Source: Cyanophora paradoxa CCMP329 (Eukaryota; Plantae; Glaucophyta). From it: a DNA stretch of 64,000 nt. Location of the stretch: positions 1-64,000 of the forward strand of contig QPMI01000008.1 in assembly GCA_004431415.1 (NCBI GenBank), written 5' to 3'. Positions 13,726 to 27,048 of the stretch are shown piece after piece. Numbering within the stretch: the first letter of the stretch is position 1; each line of letters begins with the position of its first letter. The notes under the pieces are model-generated. The model searched no databases and had not been told where the DNA came from. It saw nothing but the letters and a program-made list of their open reading frames with translations. Both the position numbers and the translations under genes were made by a program.

Positions 13726-15349
13726 CTCAGCTATCCCGAGCTCAAAGCGAGCCGAGCAATGAACGACCCGCTGGCCGCCCTCACCTGCGCCACCTACCTC
13801 CGCTGGGCGGCGAGTGACGCCGAGGTAACGGCGAGGTTGCAGAGGGGGGCACCCTAATTTCGCGGCGTCATCTCCGCTGCGAGTGAAGCCCCACGTGCAC
13901 GGCGAGCTGTCTCGTTGGTCTCAAGCACTCCTGGAAGATCTCTCAGCGCCGCGCGGCCCCCGCAGCCGCCCTGCTCTCCACAAACTTGTCCCCGTGCGAG
14001 CCCGCCGAGCCTCGTTGAGCCAGCCGAGTCTTCCCAGAAGCCAACTCCCCAAACACCAGGCCGCTGAACTTCTGCCCCCCGCGTGCTCCACATGCTTCGT
14101 GCCTCCGTTGCACTTGTCAACTGCAGCCGCGTGCACGTGGTGCGCTCACGGCTCGAGTTGAGAATGACGCCTTTGCACAACTTGGTCCCAAACGCATCGC
14201 ATCTGCACAGCCCGCATCTTCAACTGCAACCTTGCGTGACTGTGAGCTCCCCAATGCCCATTCCTGGCCTTCGAATTGAGTTTGCAAGCCTTTTTCCACG
14301 ATGTTTAATGTTAGCATGCAGATGGTGAAATCGTGGGCTCGTTGCGCAAGGCCCTCGCCTGCAAGGACCCAAATGAGCGAGCGCTTCTGGTGGCTGTGGT
14401 GCTCTTTATATCGATTGCCCGCTTCGGCCTTTTCGGGCGCGGTATGCTTAAACAGAACTCTGCAGTCTCTTGAACAAGTGGTTCACTTCTCCAACCGCGA
14501 GGTTCTGCAAGCAATCAGCAGCTCGAACTCTCAGCTGATGAACGAGGTGCGGTGCTTTCCACGCGTTGTGCGCGAGACACGGCTAAGCTCCGAAACCAGA
14601 TTGGCAAGACAAAGAATGAGATGGGGGAGATGCGGGTCGAGGTGAGATGTTTTGACCGCTTTGTGCAGATGAGGGACACGGCTAAGCTCTAAGCCAGATG
14701 GGAACGATGAAGAACGAGTTGGAGGGCCGGGTGAGATGCTTTGACCGCGTTGTTCGCGGGCGGGACACGGCTAATCAGCAAGCCAGATGGGAAACATGAA
14801 GAACGATGTGGAATGGATCTCCAGCGGATTCAAGGTTCGAGACTTGCTTTTATGCTCGTTTCGTCCAGTCCAAGCTGACGAGTGCATGCCAGATACTGCT
14901 TGGTGCAGTGACCTTGCTCGGCGTCGGCGCCATCGGCACGACTGCGCAGTCGTGCGTTTCTGTTCATTGCTTACTTTCTTTTTTTTGTCTTCTGAGTCGG
15001 TCGCGCATACAGCGTTCTCGATTGGATTCGCTCCTTAATGCGATCATAAGCTCTGCTCCACCCCTCTTTTCTTTCTTCTCCGCTTCGTGTTTTGGGAGCC
15101 TGGACAAAGTGACGAGATCTAGGCCTGCGAGCGCTCGTTCGAAGGACCGGAAGGTCTTGGAGCTTCTGGTGGGTAATGCAATGCACTGGACCTGCACTTG
15201 TGCAGTTGTATTGTAGCAAAATTTGCAATTGTGAGGTTGTATAGTAGCAAGGGATCTTGAGCTTGCATTCGATATTCGCAGCTTGTTTAGTATTCGGATC
15301 GAACATGCAATATAATTGCAATACATGAACATGCAGCGTTCAGGGAATT

Positions 15350-17239
15350 CGAAGGGGTACGAGCGCGCCGTCGCAAGATCACGGTACGTTCTCGGGCAGC
15401 TGCATGCAGGCGGATCCGGAGGAAGGATATGAGTCGCGGGCGGAAACACGGGCGAGGCCAGACGGGCGCAATGCGGCGAGGAGGGGTACTCGATGAAGGA
15501 AGGGGCCAGAGGGCGGCGAGGTGGGCGACGGCAAGGTCGATGGGCGAGAGAGCACGGGGAAGGGGGGACCGGTGGAGGTACAAGGCCCTTTCGGGGCTAT
15601 CGGCGACAATCTCAGTCACTGAGTCACACGGAGCCACTTACGGTGTCCGCTCTGGCCGGACTCCGGTGGATGGGCCTGCAGCGGGCTGCCAGGCGCGGTG
15701 CGGCTGCACGGGTCACGGGAGGGCAGGGGAATGGCAGGTGGAAGACGGGGAGAGGGGGGGGAGGGGAGGGGGGGTACCGAGGACGCGGACGCGGACGTGG
15801 AGGAGGGTATCGGGCTGGAGGGCGGCCAGGAGGGGGCAAATTCGACGGCGCCGCGGGCGGCGGGCGGGGGCGCGGGGGCCGGCGGCGGGCCGCAGGTGGG
15901 GCGCGTGGTGCTCGGCGGCCCACGTTGCAAGCCCGTCGACAATCTGCGAACGAAGTCAAGCCGGGAGGGCGCCCGGACGTTCGACGGCAACGAGCCTCAG
16001 GGTCAGGCGGCGGGTGCAGCGGCCGGCCGTACGGCTCCGGGGCTCGCTCGGGGCCCGTCCGGAGCCTCCTTAGGACCGCGCGTCCGAGGCCCGACCTGCC
16101 GCCCGCGCTCGCCACGCGCGCGGGCGCGCCGCGGTGAGGGGGGTACATGACACGAGCACGCGCCCACGTTGCCTGTGACCTGAGGGCACGGGTCAGGTGA
16201 GATCCGCCAGGCGCGGCGCCCCCGCCCCCCGCACCTGGCCCTGCCACTCCTTCAGAGCCACGCTGAAGACCTGGAGCACGTCGCCGGGCCACAGGCGCTG
16301 CGCCCAGGCCGCTCCCGCCCGCCAGAACGTCAGCTGCGGCGGGCGCGGCGTCGGCTTGCAATTGGCGCGGGGGGAACGGTCTCCCGGGGGAACGGACGTG
16401 GAGGCGTTCGCCCGACCGGTCCGCCACGATGACGTTCGACGTGGAGATGTGCTCCGAGCCGCAGAGGACCGCTTGCTCGGGGAAGATCTGAGAGGAGCGT
16501 TCGCCCGGCGGGCGGGCGGGGGCGGGCGTGGGGCGTGCCTGCATGACCACCCCGAGGACCTCGGCTTGCTCCCCCGCCCGCAGGTCCGCGAGCGTACGAG
16601 GCCGCTTCGCCGGCGGCGGCGGCGCCCCCGCGGGCCCCGCGGGCCGTTTCGCCCCGGCGGCGGCGGCGCCGGGTGTGGAAGCGGGGCCGCCGGCGGGCCC
16701 GAGCGGCTCCTCTCCGGCGTTGCGACGGTGCACGGCACGGTGGCGCGGGCCGCCGAGAGGCTGCAGCTGGACGCGCGGGCGGGCGGAGGCGCGGAGAGAG
16801 GCTCCGGCTCCGGCGGCGGGCCGGGCGGCGGCTCCGCCGGTGGCTCTGGTGCTGCTGCAGCAGCAGCGGCCGCTGCGGCGAGGTCGTACTCCTCCAAAAG
16901 GCGGAGCGAGAGCTCCTGCAAGGCCTCGTACTCCTCCGCGTCGCTGTCGCGCGGCGGCGCCGCCTCCTGCTCCGCCGCACGGGCGGCGGCGGGCGACCGC
17001 GCCGGCGACGGCAGCCGCCGCGCCGGCGAACTCTCTCGCGCAGGCGACGCCGGCAGCGAGCCGCCCGCTGCATCCGCTGGGCCGATGCAGGGCCGCGCGT
17101 GGGTTCCAGGATCGAGCGCTTTCGCGTCTCCCGTCTCGACGCCAGGATCGCCGGGGTGCTCGTCGTCGGGGAGCGACGGGTCCAGCTCCAGTTCGAGCTC
17201 GCCCGCGCCGCCCTGGTCGCCATCGTCGGCTGGCGCCAT
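15350..17239 (-). CDS. OB-fold ssDNA-binding protein (SHLD2/RPA-like), copy 2; multi-exon
   Basis: ATG at 17239 (MAPADDGDQGG), same OB-fold motifs. The 3' part is more diverged and shortened relative to copy 1; 3' limit approximate. Confidence 0.55.
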
Positions 17240-18000
17240 CCGATGATCCTCTCCTCTGCCCGAGCTCGAGCTCAAACCGAGACGCGTTGTAGATCGCTCG
17301 CTGGCCGCCCTGAGCCGCGCCAAGCCATCTTTCCGATCAATAGTAGCCTGCGCTCGCCAGCGAACCTGGCGAGCCGTGAACGTGAACCTGGGGGGGAAGA
17401 GGAACAGGGGGCACACCAATTCCGCTTGCATCGTCTCCGCTGCGGTCGATCCAGCACGGCGCGGGCGTCTCCTTGGTTCTACGCGCTTCAGCGGTGTCCC
17501 TTGCGAATTTGCGCGCCAACAGTTTCGCGCCGCAGGCGCCGGCTGGCCCAGCGCGCGCGGCAGCCTTCCAATGGGCGCTGGTTTCGGCCACAGCGCCGTG
17601 GCAGCGCTCCCGGACCAGGGCTTCGGCCAACACGCGTTTCTCGGGTTCGGCCTTGTGAAGAACCGCGTGAGCGTCGACGACCTCGTGGACCTCACACGAA
17701 CGCTCGATGGTATGCTTTGCGCGCGAACAAGGCTGCGCGTACGCGCGCTCGTGCTGACCGCCGGTGCAGCTGGAGACGTCGTGCTGCAGAGCTGGTACGA
17801 CAGCACCGATGCCATGGCTGCGCAGCGTTCCCGCTGGACGTGCGCGCCGGGCCCGGTTCCTCTTCCTCGTTGCTTTCTCAGCGCTAGCCGGGGGCTGTGC
17901 TCGAGCTGACCCCGCGTCCTGCAGGCACGTCGCCCTCGTGTACAAGCGCGATGGCGTGCACTGCCGATCCATCGACAAGTGTAGGTTGCCGAAACCTTCT

Positions 18001-18228
18001 CCGGTGCAATCTGGTGCAATCTGTGTCGACCTGTGTCCACCTGTGTCCACCTGTGCCTACCCATGTAAACCTGTGCCTACCCATGTCCGCCTGTGTTTAC
18101 CCATGTCCGCGTGTGTGTACCCATGTTCCCTGTGTTTACCCATGCAAACCTGCGTTTACCCATGTAGGCCTGTGTTTCACCGTGCCACCCTGTGTGTTCT
18201 GTGCAACCGGTACCGGTACCCTGTGTAA
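18001..18228. repeat. Subterminal ~10-bp tandem array (CCTGTG/CCCATG core), left
   Basis: ctgtgtccac ctgtgtccac ctgtgcctac ccatgtaaac... Confidence 0.85.
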
Positions 18229-18492
18229 ATCGGTAAAAAACTCGATTTTAGTAATTAAAGTTAACTCATTTTTTGGTGAATTACCGGCCACAGTAAAAAT
18301 TAATTAAAGTTAACTCAAAATTATCTCAACTTCGTGAAATTAATTGCGCATGCCGGCCGGCCGCGGCCCGGACCATGGCCAGGCCGGGGCGCCGGCGCCG
18401 ACGCCGGCGCCGGCCGCGGCCCGGGGGCACTCTCCAGCTGGGGATGCGCATGTGCAGGCCTAGGAAGCCCCGGCAGGGCCGCTGCTCTCCAA

Positions 18493-21400
18493 AGCTCCCA
18501 CCACTATATACAGAAAGCAGTCATACGTATACAGAAAACGCATTGCCAGCGAAAAATGCATGCGCGCGCAGCTGCAGGCAGCGCAGCCCTATCAATAGCT
18601 AGCACCGAGAGAACAAGTTGCAGCTGCTGCCCCCTCCCTCTGAGCCATACTCCCGAAATCAGCGAGCTCCTGACCCGCCGCCCGGCTAGCAGCACGATCG
18701 CTGGTCGCTGCGAGCACGCGAGTGTCAAAAACGAGCTGTGCGCCTCTGCAAGTGAAGGGAGCAGCGCTAGCAGACCGGATCAGACGTGAAGCGACGCAAC
18801 CCGCACAAGGTCATGCGGCACCTCGCGGCGCTCGTTGCGCTGTGCGCAACGCGGTCACCTGCACCGGACGTTCGAACAGAAAGAGATAACGTTGGCATGC
18901 GCGCGCGCGGCTGTGCACCTCGGCAAAGAGAAGCGGCTGAAGGGCGGAGTGACAGTGACAGCGGCGCCATCTCCGCCCGTAGCCGAGGGCGAGGACGAGG
19001 CGCTCGCTGCGCTCGGAGCGTCAAGCGAAAGAAGAGAAGAACGCGCGCCTGCGAAAAGACCGCACCCGTCCGAGCTCCCGCCGCAAGAAGTGCGAGATGC
19101 CAGCCGCGCGTGAACGGCACCCGCTGCGCTGCGCGCGTCACCGGTGTCAGAACAAGATCAAGGCGAGAGTAGCGGATCGGAAACAAGAGCGAGCACCTGG
19201 CCTGCGGGAGAAGGAGCCAGGCGGGCTGCGAGTGATGGAAGAGACAGAACCCGGAACCGGGCGAAGCGCGCCGTGTTAGCGAGGCTCGTGCGTTAGCATC
19301 GTCCGCGAGCTTTCTTGGCCAGCGGGACCGCTTCCCGCCTGGCCGCCAAGAGCGCCACCGAGCAAGTCGCGGCCGCCACTTGGCCGTGCTCGCGGGGCTC
19401 GGTCGTGCGTGTTCCCTGACCTGCAAGCGGGATGAGCGATTGGAGCAAACAGACGGAAACCAGAAACACCTTGCTTCGCATCGGCAGCGTCCTCTCCTTT
19501 CTGCGCGGGCCTGTCAAAGGAACAGAAGCTGGCCGGCGGTGGCCGGGCAACGAGTAGAGATTAAGGGCGAAAGGAGGTCGACATCGAAGCGTTCGAGAGC
19601 ATTCGCGGCCGCGGCCGAACCCAGCAGCAGGGGCAGCGACAGTCTGCGTTTGAAATCAGACCCAGCACGAGCTGGGCGAGAGCCTTGAGGCGCAAGAGGT
19701 GGCTTCAAGCATCGTTCGATCTCAAAGCGGCCGCGTTCACTGCAGCAACAGCACCGCTGCTCGGCCTGTTCGCAGAGTCAGGGAGTCCGGCTGCGCGGCG
19801 AAGCCCAGAACCGACGCACCGAGCCGCCGTGCTGCCAGGACTTGCAGCTGTCTGGCAAGGCCGTCTGCCGCCGCGAGGGCCAGCCGCCGCAGTCACCGGT
19901 CACGGCGGTCAGCAAGTTTGGGGTACGACAACGAATTCCCTTGGCCGGAGACCGCTAGGCATAGGCCTAGGTCTGGTCATGTGCGTTCCTCGCTTCGATC
20001 CGCCTTCCAATGCATCAAACCCTCTCTATAAGGAGCAGTTCATGACGTGGCACGCATTGCTGGTGCTCGTGCAGCTTAATGAGTCACAGGCCCCCCCCTT
20101 GGCAAAAAAAGGTTCTAGCGCCTAATGGCTTTAGATCTAAACTCGGATTGTTTCAAAATCAGAGAGAGGACCCTCGAAAGCTTTGACGACTTCATTTTGA
20201 CGGTAATCAGCAATTCCGGGAATGACTTCTTTCAGTGCTGAAGAGAAGATGAGCTGTTCATCAAGTCACCAGACTGTGCTCATCATGCCATGATGTGCTC
20301 AGTGAGACACAAGAAGGTGCACCGACGTTCCGGGAATTGGCAGACCGGACAAAAATTTTATTCCTGTAATCTGGAAGTTAAGGGCTTTCTAAAGAGGTAT
20401 TTAGCGTGTCTTGAGTCGATGCTGGCGACCCGTGAGAGCATGGCATGTTTCAACCATGGCCCCTGCAATATCTCAGCGAAAACTCGTATTCGGCCTTCCA
20501 AAAGCGGCATCATATCACTCTTATAATCAATACCTTAATTTAGGAGTGCTTGAGATCATATGGATGCGATCCTGCAGAGACTAATTTGGTCATTTTCACT
20601 TCTTTGCCCCCCCTGGATTTCAGCCACAAGAGAGTGCGTCCAGAGGGTCTAGAGTCACAGCTTAGTGTTCAAACAATTATTAGATGCCTGAATACAATTA
20701 AACCAAGCATTCGCTTCACTGTTCGCACCTGTAGCAGCCCGAAATGCATTTTTCAAGGATACTCGAGGATAATGGCAGGTATTCCCCCCCCCCCTCTTTT
20801 TTTACGAACGAGCCCCAGCGGTGCCAGCTGCTGCGCTCGCGCCCTTGGCCTCAAGTACGCTCGGCTGGCTGCAGCTGCAGAGTCTGCAGCTCCTCAGCTT
20901 CCCGCTCCAGCTCCCGTCGAGCTCGGGCCAGATGCGCTTCGCACCACGCAGACTTGGCGGCCGCTCGCGGCACGCAGCGCGCGGCTATTTCGCCAGCCAG
21001 ATGGTGTTGCCGCAGGACTGGCCTCCGCCTCGACTGCATCCGCGCGCCCCGCGCGCCGACTTGCTTGTTCCCAACCGCCCGTCTTCGCCGTGCTCGCCAA
21101 GTTCTTTGCCTACCTGTCTGGATACTCGCCGTACGTCTCACTCACGCCGGCATCGCCGTCTCTGACCAGCGGCCTGTTAGGAGCGTTCATGATCAACGCG
21201 TCGACGGTTGGGTGGCACGCTGGCCGCCGCTGACTTCGAGCTCTCGCACGCTTCCGTGCGCGAAGCGTTCCTCTAAGATGCGCCCGCATTGCATGTGGGT
21301 CTGGACTCGCCGGGCGCTGCGTGCGCGCGGACCGACGCCAAACTCCCGATTGGCGGCCGCCTCGGGTGCGCCCCCCAAGCATAGCTTGGGGCCAGCGGCG

Positions 21401-22250
21401 CGCGAATGCGTAGCTGACGATGCGCAGGATGCGACACGGCGCGGCCTTCGGCGGCGCGGCTCGCCGCACGGGGCAGCAGCGGACGGCGGCGGCACGGCTC
21501 GCGGGACGGGCAGAGGCGCGGCGGGCGGCGGGGTGGCTCGCGGAACGGGGCGGCGGCGCAGCGGGCGGCGGGGCGGCTCGCGGGACGTGGCGGAGGCGCG
21601 GCGGGCGGAGGCGGATGGGCGGGGTGGAGGCTCGGCGGTCGGCGGCGCGGCTCTGAGGGCGGGGCGGAGGCCCCCCAGGTGGCGGCGCCGCTCTCCGGTG
21701 TGGCTCTTTAACCCCCCCCCCCCCCCCCCGCCCCCCTCCTCCGGTCGTACTGGTCGTACCCCCACCCTTTCCGACCGCTGCTGATTCCGTACCCGCCAGA
21801 CTCACCGCGGGGTCGTCTACCCCGCCGGGCACCGCGCCGGCCAAGGCGGCACCTCCCGCCCCGCCGGCGGTGGGGCCAAGGCGAGCCCCCTCTCCCCGCT
21901 GGCCTCGTCGACGGTGGCGGCGCTGGCGGCGGCGGCCGTGGCGGCGGCGGCGGTCGGGCGGCGGCCCTCGCTGCAGGGGCAGGACCTCAGCGCGCCGGCC
22001 CTGGGCCCCCGGCGCCCCTCGCTGGGCGTCGAGATCCCGCCCTCGGCAGCGGGGCCCCTGAGCCCGCGGGCGCCCGCGCAGCCGCCGCCGGCCTCGCCGT
22101 TCCTGCACCGCCCGCACCACTCCCCGAGCCTCACGGGCTCCGCCGCCCCCTCCCCGCCCCCTCCCCACCCGACGCCTCCCCGACCTCCCGCCCCGCGCTC
22201 CCCTCGCCCTAGCTCCCCTCGCCCCTCGCCGCCGCCAACCCCTTCAGCCC
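18493..22250 (+). repeat. Left arm of a ~3.75-kb inverted repeat
   Basis: Reverse complement of 22485-26253. Mirrored ORFs include 18767-19426 vs 25326-25985 and 20550-21233 vs 23515-24198. Confidence 0.95.
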
Positions 22251-22484
22251 CGGCGGCCTGGTGCGGCCGTCAGCCCGTGGCCCGCCTCGGCCGCCGTCGT
22301 GCACGCCCCGGTCCCGCCCCCGCCCCCGCCCCGCCGCCCCGCCCTGCCGGCGGCCGCGAGGCCCGTGAGAGGAGGCAATTAGCCGCGGGCCCGGCGGCAG
22401 CCTTGTCGCTCAACTCGCGATGCGTTTTCGAATACTAATATTAATCAAATTCCTGAGCAATGTTCATCACAGTTTAATTTTGTA

Positions 22485-23014
22485 GGGGCTGAAGGCCGCC
22501 GGGGTTGGCGGCGGCGAGGGGCGAGGGGAGCTAGGGGCGAGGGGAGCGCGGGGCGGGAGGTCGGGGAGGCGTCGGGTGGGGAGGGGGCGGGGAGGGGGCG
22601 GCGGAGCCCGTGAGGCTCGGGAGTGGTGCGGGCGGTGCAGGAACGGCGAGGCCGGCGGCGGCTGCGCGGGCGCCCGCGGGCTCAGGGGCCCCGCTGCCGA
22701 GGGCGGGATCTCGACGCCCAGCGAGGGGCGCCGGGGGCCCAGGGCCGGCGCGCTGAGGTCCTGCCCCTGCAGCGAGGGCCGCCGCCGACCGCCGCCGCCG
22801 CCACGGCCGCCGCCGCCAGCGCCGCCACCGTCGACGAGGCCAGCGGGGAGAGGGGGCTCGCCTTGGCCCCACCGCCGGCGGGGCGGGAGGTGCCGCCTTG
22901 GCCGGCGCGGTGCCCGGCGGGGTAGACGACCCCGCGGTGAGTCTGGCGGGTACGGAATCAGCAGCGGTCGGAAAGGGTGGGGGTACGACCAGGGGCGGTC
23001 GGAGGAGGGGGGGC

Positions 23015-23045
<31 letters not shown>

Positions 23046-26000
23046 AGAGCCACACCGGAGAGCGGCGCCGCCACCTGGGGGGCCTCCGCCCGCCCTCAGA
23101 GCCGCGCCGCCGACCGCCGAGCCTCCACCCCGCCCATCCGCCTCCGCCCGCCGCGCCTCCGCCACGTCCCGCGAGCCGCCCGCCGCCCGCTGCGCCGCCG
23201 CCCCGTTCCGCGAGCCACCCGCCGCCCGCCGCGCCTCTGCCCGTCCCGCGAGCCGTGCCGCCGCCGTCCGCTGCTGCCCCGTGCGGCGAGCCGCGCCGCC
23301 GAAGGCCGCGCCGTGTCGCATCCTGCGCATCGTCAGCTACGCATTCGCGCGCCGCTGGCCCCAAGCTATGCTTGGGGGCGCACCCGAGGCGGCCGCCAAT
23401 CGGGAGTTTGGCGTCGGTCCGCGCGCACGCAGCGCCCGGCGAGTCCAGACCACATGCAATGCGGGCGCATCTTAGAGGAACGCTTCGCGCACGGAAGCGT
23501 GCGAGAGCTCGAAGTCAGCGGCGGCCAGCGTGCCACCCAACCGTCGACGCGTTGATCATGAACGCTCCTAACAGGCCGCTGGTCAGAGACGGCGATGCGG
23601 CGTGAGTGAGACGTACGGCGAGTATCCAGACAGGTAGGCAAAGAACTTGGCGAGCACGGCGAAGACGGGCGGTTGGAACAAGCAAGTCGGCGCGCGGGGC
23701 GCGCGGATGCAGTCGAGGCGGAGGCCAGTCCTGCGGCAACACCATCTGGCTGGCGAAATAGCCGCGCGCTGCGTGCCGCGAGCGGCCGCCAAGTCTGCGT
23801 GGTGCGAAGCGCATCTGGCCCGAGCTCGACGGGAGCTGGAGCGGGAAGCTGAGGAGCTGCAGACTCTGCAGCTGCAGCCAGCCGAGCGAACTTGAGGCCA
23901 AGGGCGCGAGCGCAGCAGCTGGCACCGCTGGGGCTCGTTCGTAAAAAAGAGGGGGGGGGGGGGGGATACCTGCCATTATCCTCGAGTATCCTTGAAAAAT
24001 GCATTTCGGGCTGCTACAGGTGCGAACAGTGAAGCGAATGCTTGGTTTAATTGTATTCAGGCATCTAATAATTGTTTGAACACTAAGCTGTGACTCTAGA
24101 CCCTCTGGACGCACTCTCTTGTGGCTGAAATCCAGGGGGGGCAAAGAAGTGAAAATGACCAAATTAGTCTCTGCAGGATCGCATCCATATGATCTCAAGC
24201 ACTCCTAAAGTAAGGTATTGATTATAAGAGTGATATGATGCCGCTTTTGGAAGGCCGAATACGATTTTTCGCTGAGATATTGCAGGGGCCATGGTTGAAA
24301 CATGCCATGCTCTCACGGGTCGCCAGCATCGACTCAAGACACGCTAAATACCTCTTTAGAAAGCCCTTAACTTCCAGATTACAGGAATAAAATTTTTGTC
24401 CGGTCTGCCGATTCCCGGAACGTCGGTGCACCTTCTTGTGTCTCACTGAGCACATCATGAGCACAGTCTGGTGACTTGATGAACAGCTCATCTTCTCTTC
24501 ACTGAGTCAGCACTGAAAGAAGTCATTCCCGGAATCATTGAATTGCTGATTACCGTCAAAATGAAGTCGTCAAAGCTTTCGAGGGTCCTCTCTCTGATTT
24601 TGAAACAATCCGAGTTTAGATCTAAAGCCATTAGGCGCTAGAACCTTTTTTTGCCAAGGGGGGGGCCTGTGACTCATTAAGCTGCACGAGCACCAGCAAT
24701 GCGTGCCACGTCATGAACTGCTCCTTATAGAGAGGTTTGATGCATTGGAAGGCGGATCGAAGCGAGGAACGCACATGACCAGACCTAGGCCTATGCCTAG
24801 CGGTCTCCGGCCAAGGGAATTCGTTGTCGTACCCCAAACTTGCTGACCGCCGTGACCGGTGACTGCGGCGGCTGGCCCTCGCGGCGGCAGACGGCCTTGC
24901 CAGACAGCTGCAAGTCCTGGCAGCACGGCGGCTCGGTGCGTCGGTTCTGGGCTTCGCCGCGCAGCCGGACTTCCTGACTCTGCGAACAGGCCGAGCAGCG
25001 GTGCTGTTGCTGCAGTGAACGCGGCCGCTTTGAGAGCGAACGATGCTTGAAGCCACCTCTTGCGCCTCAAGGCTCTCGCCCAGCTCGTGGGTCTGATTTC
25101 AAACGCAGACTGTCGCTGCCCCTGCTGCTGGGTTCGGCCGCGGCCGCGAATGCTCTCGAACGCTTCGATGTCGACCTCCTTTCGCCCTTAATCTCTACTC
25201 GTTGCCCGGCCACCGCCGGCCAGCTTCTGTTCCTTTGACAGGCCCGCGCAGAAAGGAGAGGACGCTGCCGATGCGAAGCAAGGTGTTTCTGGTTTCCGTC
25301 TGTTTCCTTCGATCGCTCATCCCGCTTGCAGGTCAGGGAACACGCACGACCGAGCCCCGCGAGCACGGCCAAGTGGCGGCCGCGACTTGCTCGGTGGCGC
25401 TCTTGGCGGCCAGGCGGAAAGCGGTCCCGCTGGCCAAGAAAGCTCGCGGACGATGCTAACGCACGAGCCTCGCTAACACGGCGCGCTTCGCCCGGTTCCG
25501 GGTTCTGTCTCTTCCATCACTCGCAGCCCGCCTGGCTCCTTCTCCCGCAGGCCAGGTGCTCGCTCTTGTTTCCGATCCGCTACTCTCGCCTTGATCTTGT
25601 TCTGACACCGGTGACGCGCGCAGCGCAGCGGGTGCCGTTCACGCGCGGCTGGCATCTCGCACTTCTTGCGGCGGGAGCTCGGACGGGTGCGGTCTTTTCG
25701 CAGGCGCGCGTTCTTCTCTTCTTTCGCTTGACGCTCCGAGCGCAGCGAGCGCCTCGTCCTCGCCCTCGGCTACGGGCGGAGATGGCGCCGCTGTCACTGT
25801 CACTCCGCCCTTCAGCCGCTTCTCTTTGCCGAGGTGCACAGCCGCGCGCGCGCATGCCAACGTTATCTCTTTCTGTTCGAACGTCCGGTGCAGGTGACCG
25901 CGTTGCGCACAGCGCAACGAGCGCCGCGAGGTGCCGCATGACCTTGTGCGGGTTGCGTCGCTTCACGTCTGATCCGGTCTGCTAGCGCTGCTCCCTTCAC

Positions 26001-26253
26001 TTGCAGAGGCGCACAGCTCGTTTTTGACACTCGCGTGCTCGCAGCGACCAGCGATCGTGCTGCTAGCCGGGCGGCGGGTCAGGAGCTCGCTGTTTTCGGG
26101 AGTATGGCTCAGAGGGAGGGGGCAGCAGCTGCAACTCGTTCTCTCGGTGCTAGCTATTGATAGGGCTGCGCTGCCTGCAGCTGCGCGCGCATGCATTTTT
26201 CGCTGGCAATGCGTTTCTTTAATGTCTGCTTTCTGTATATAGTGGTGAGAGCT
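22485..26253 (-). repeat. Right arm of the ~3.75-kb inverted repeat
   Basis: Mirror of 18493-22250, separated by a ~235-bp spacer. Confidence 0.95.
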
Positions 26254-26812
26254 ACTTAGAAGTTTCTTAGCTTTCTGCTTTCTGCTTTCTGCTCGGCTCC
26301 TAGAAGCCGTCGCCGCAGGCCCTGTGCTGCGGCACTCTCTAGAGCTAGGCCGCATCCTAACGATAGCTATAGCTATAGCTTTCTTGCTGGGGCCGCCCCC
26401 GTTCGTAGGATTGGTATATATTGGTGTATTAAGCTGCAGCCGGCCTTTAATGTTGCTTGGCGGCCGGCCTTTTATGATGCTAGATGTGTGATTGGCAGGT
26501 AGGAAAGTCTTGGGAAGAGCATTTTTACTTTTTCAGAAAGGAGAGATATCGATCTATCAGACCTGCCAGGCTGCTACAATTTGTTAGCAAGCAGCTCGAG
26601 GCTCAGTGGAGATCGATATCATGATCAGCTGTAGGTTTTGCAGCCTCCCCGCCTGCATGCGCACTAGTACTGCAAGGATGGGCGACGTTGGGCGCTCGCC
26701 GAGTCGAGCTCGTGGCCGGCGCACCTGCCGCGCAAAAATTATCTAGATCTAGATTTATTAATATTAATATACATGTATAGGTTTTATGTAAATATTATTT
26801 ATAAATTATACT

Positions 26813-27048
26813 CCTGTGTTTACCCGTGCAATTTGTGTTTACCCATGTTCACCCATGTTTACCCATGTTCCCTGTGCCTACCCATGTCGGCCTGTGCCTA
26901 CCCATGCGAACCTGTGCCCTTCTCGTGCTTTTCTGTGCAACCTGTGCTTTCTTGTGCTTTGCGGCGCTTTCCTGTGCTTTGCGGTGTCAACCTGTGCTCT
27001 GCCGTGCTTTCCTGTGCTCTGCGGTGCTTTTCTGTGCGATTCTGTGTC
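26813..27048. repeat. Subterminal ~10-bp tandem array, right (same orientation as the left array)
   Basis: cctgtgtttacc..acccatgttt..cctgtgccta..cctgtgcttt repeats. Confidence 0.85.

Noticed and set aside
14570-14800. Three short GACACGGCTAA..CCAGAT repeats
   Set aside because: Degenerate ~95-bp tandem units with no supportable function.
18493-26253. Mirrored ORFs in the palindrome as genes or a transposase
   Set aside because: No recognisable domains; frames differ between the arms.
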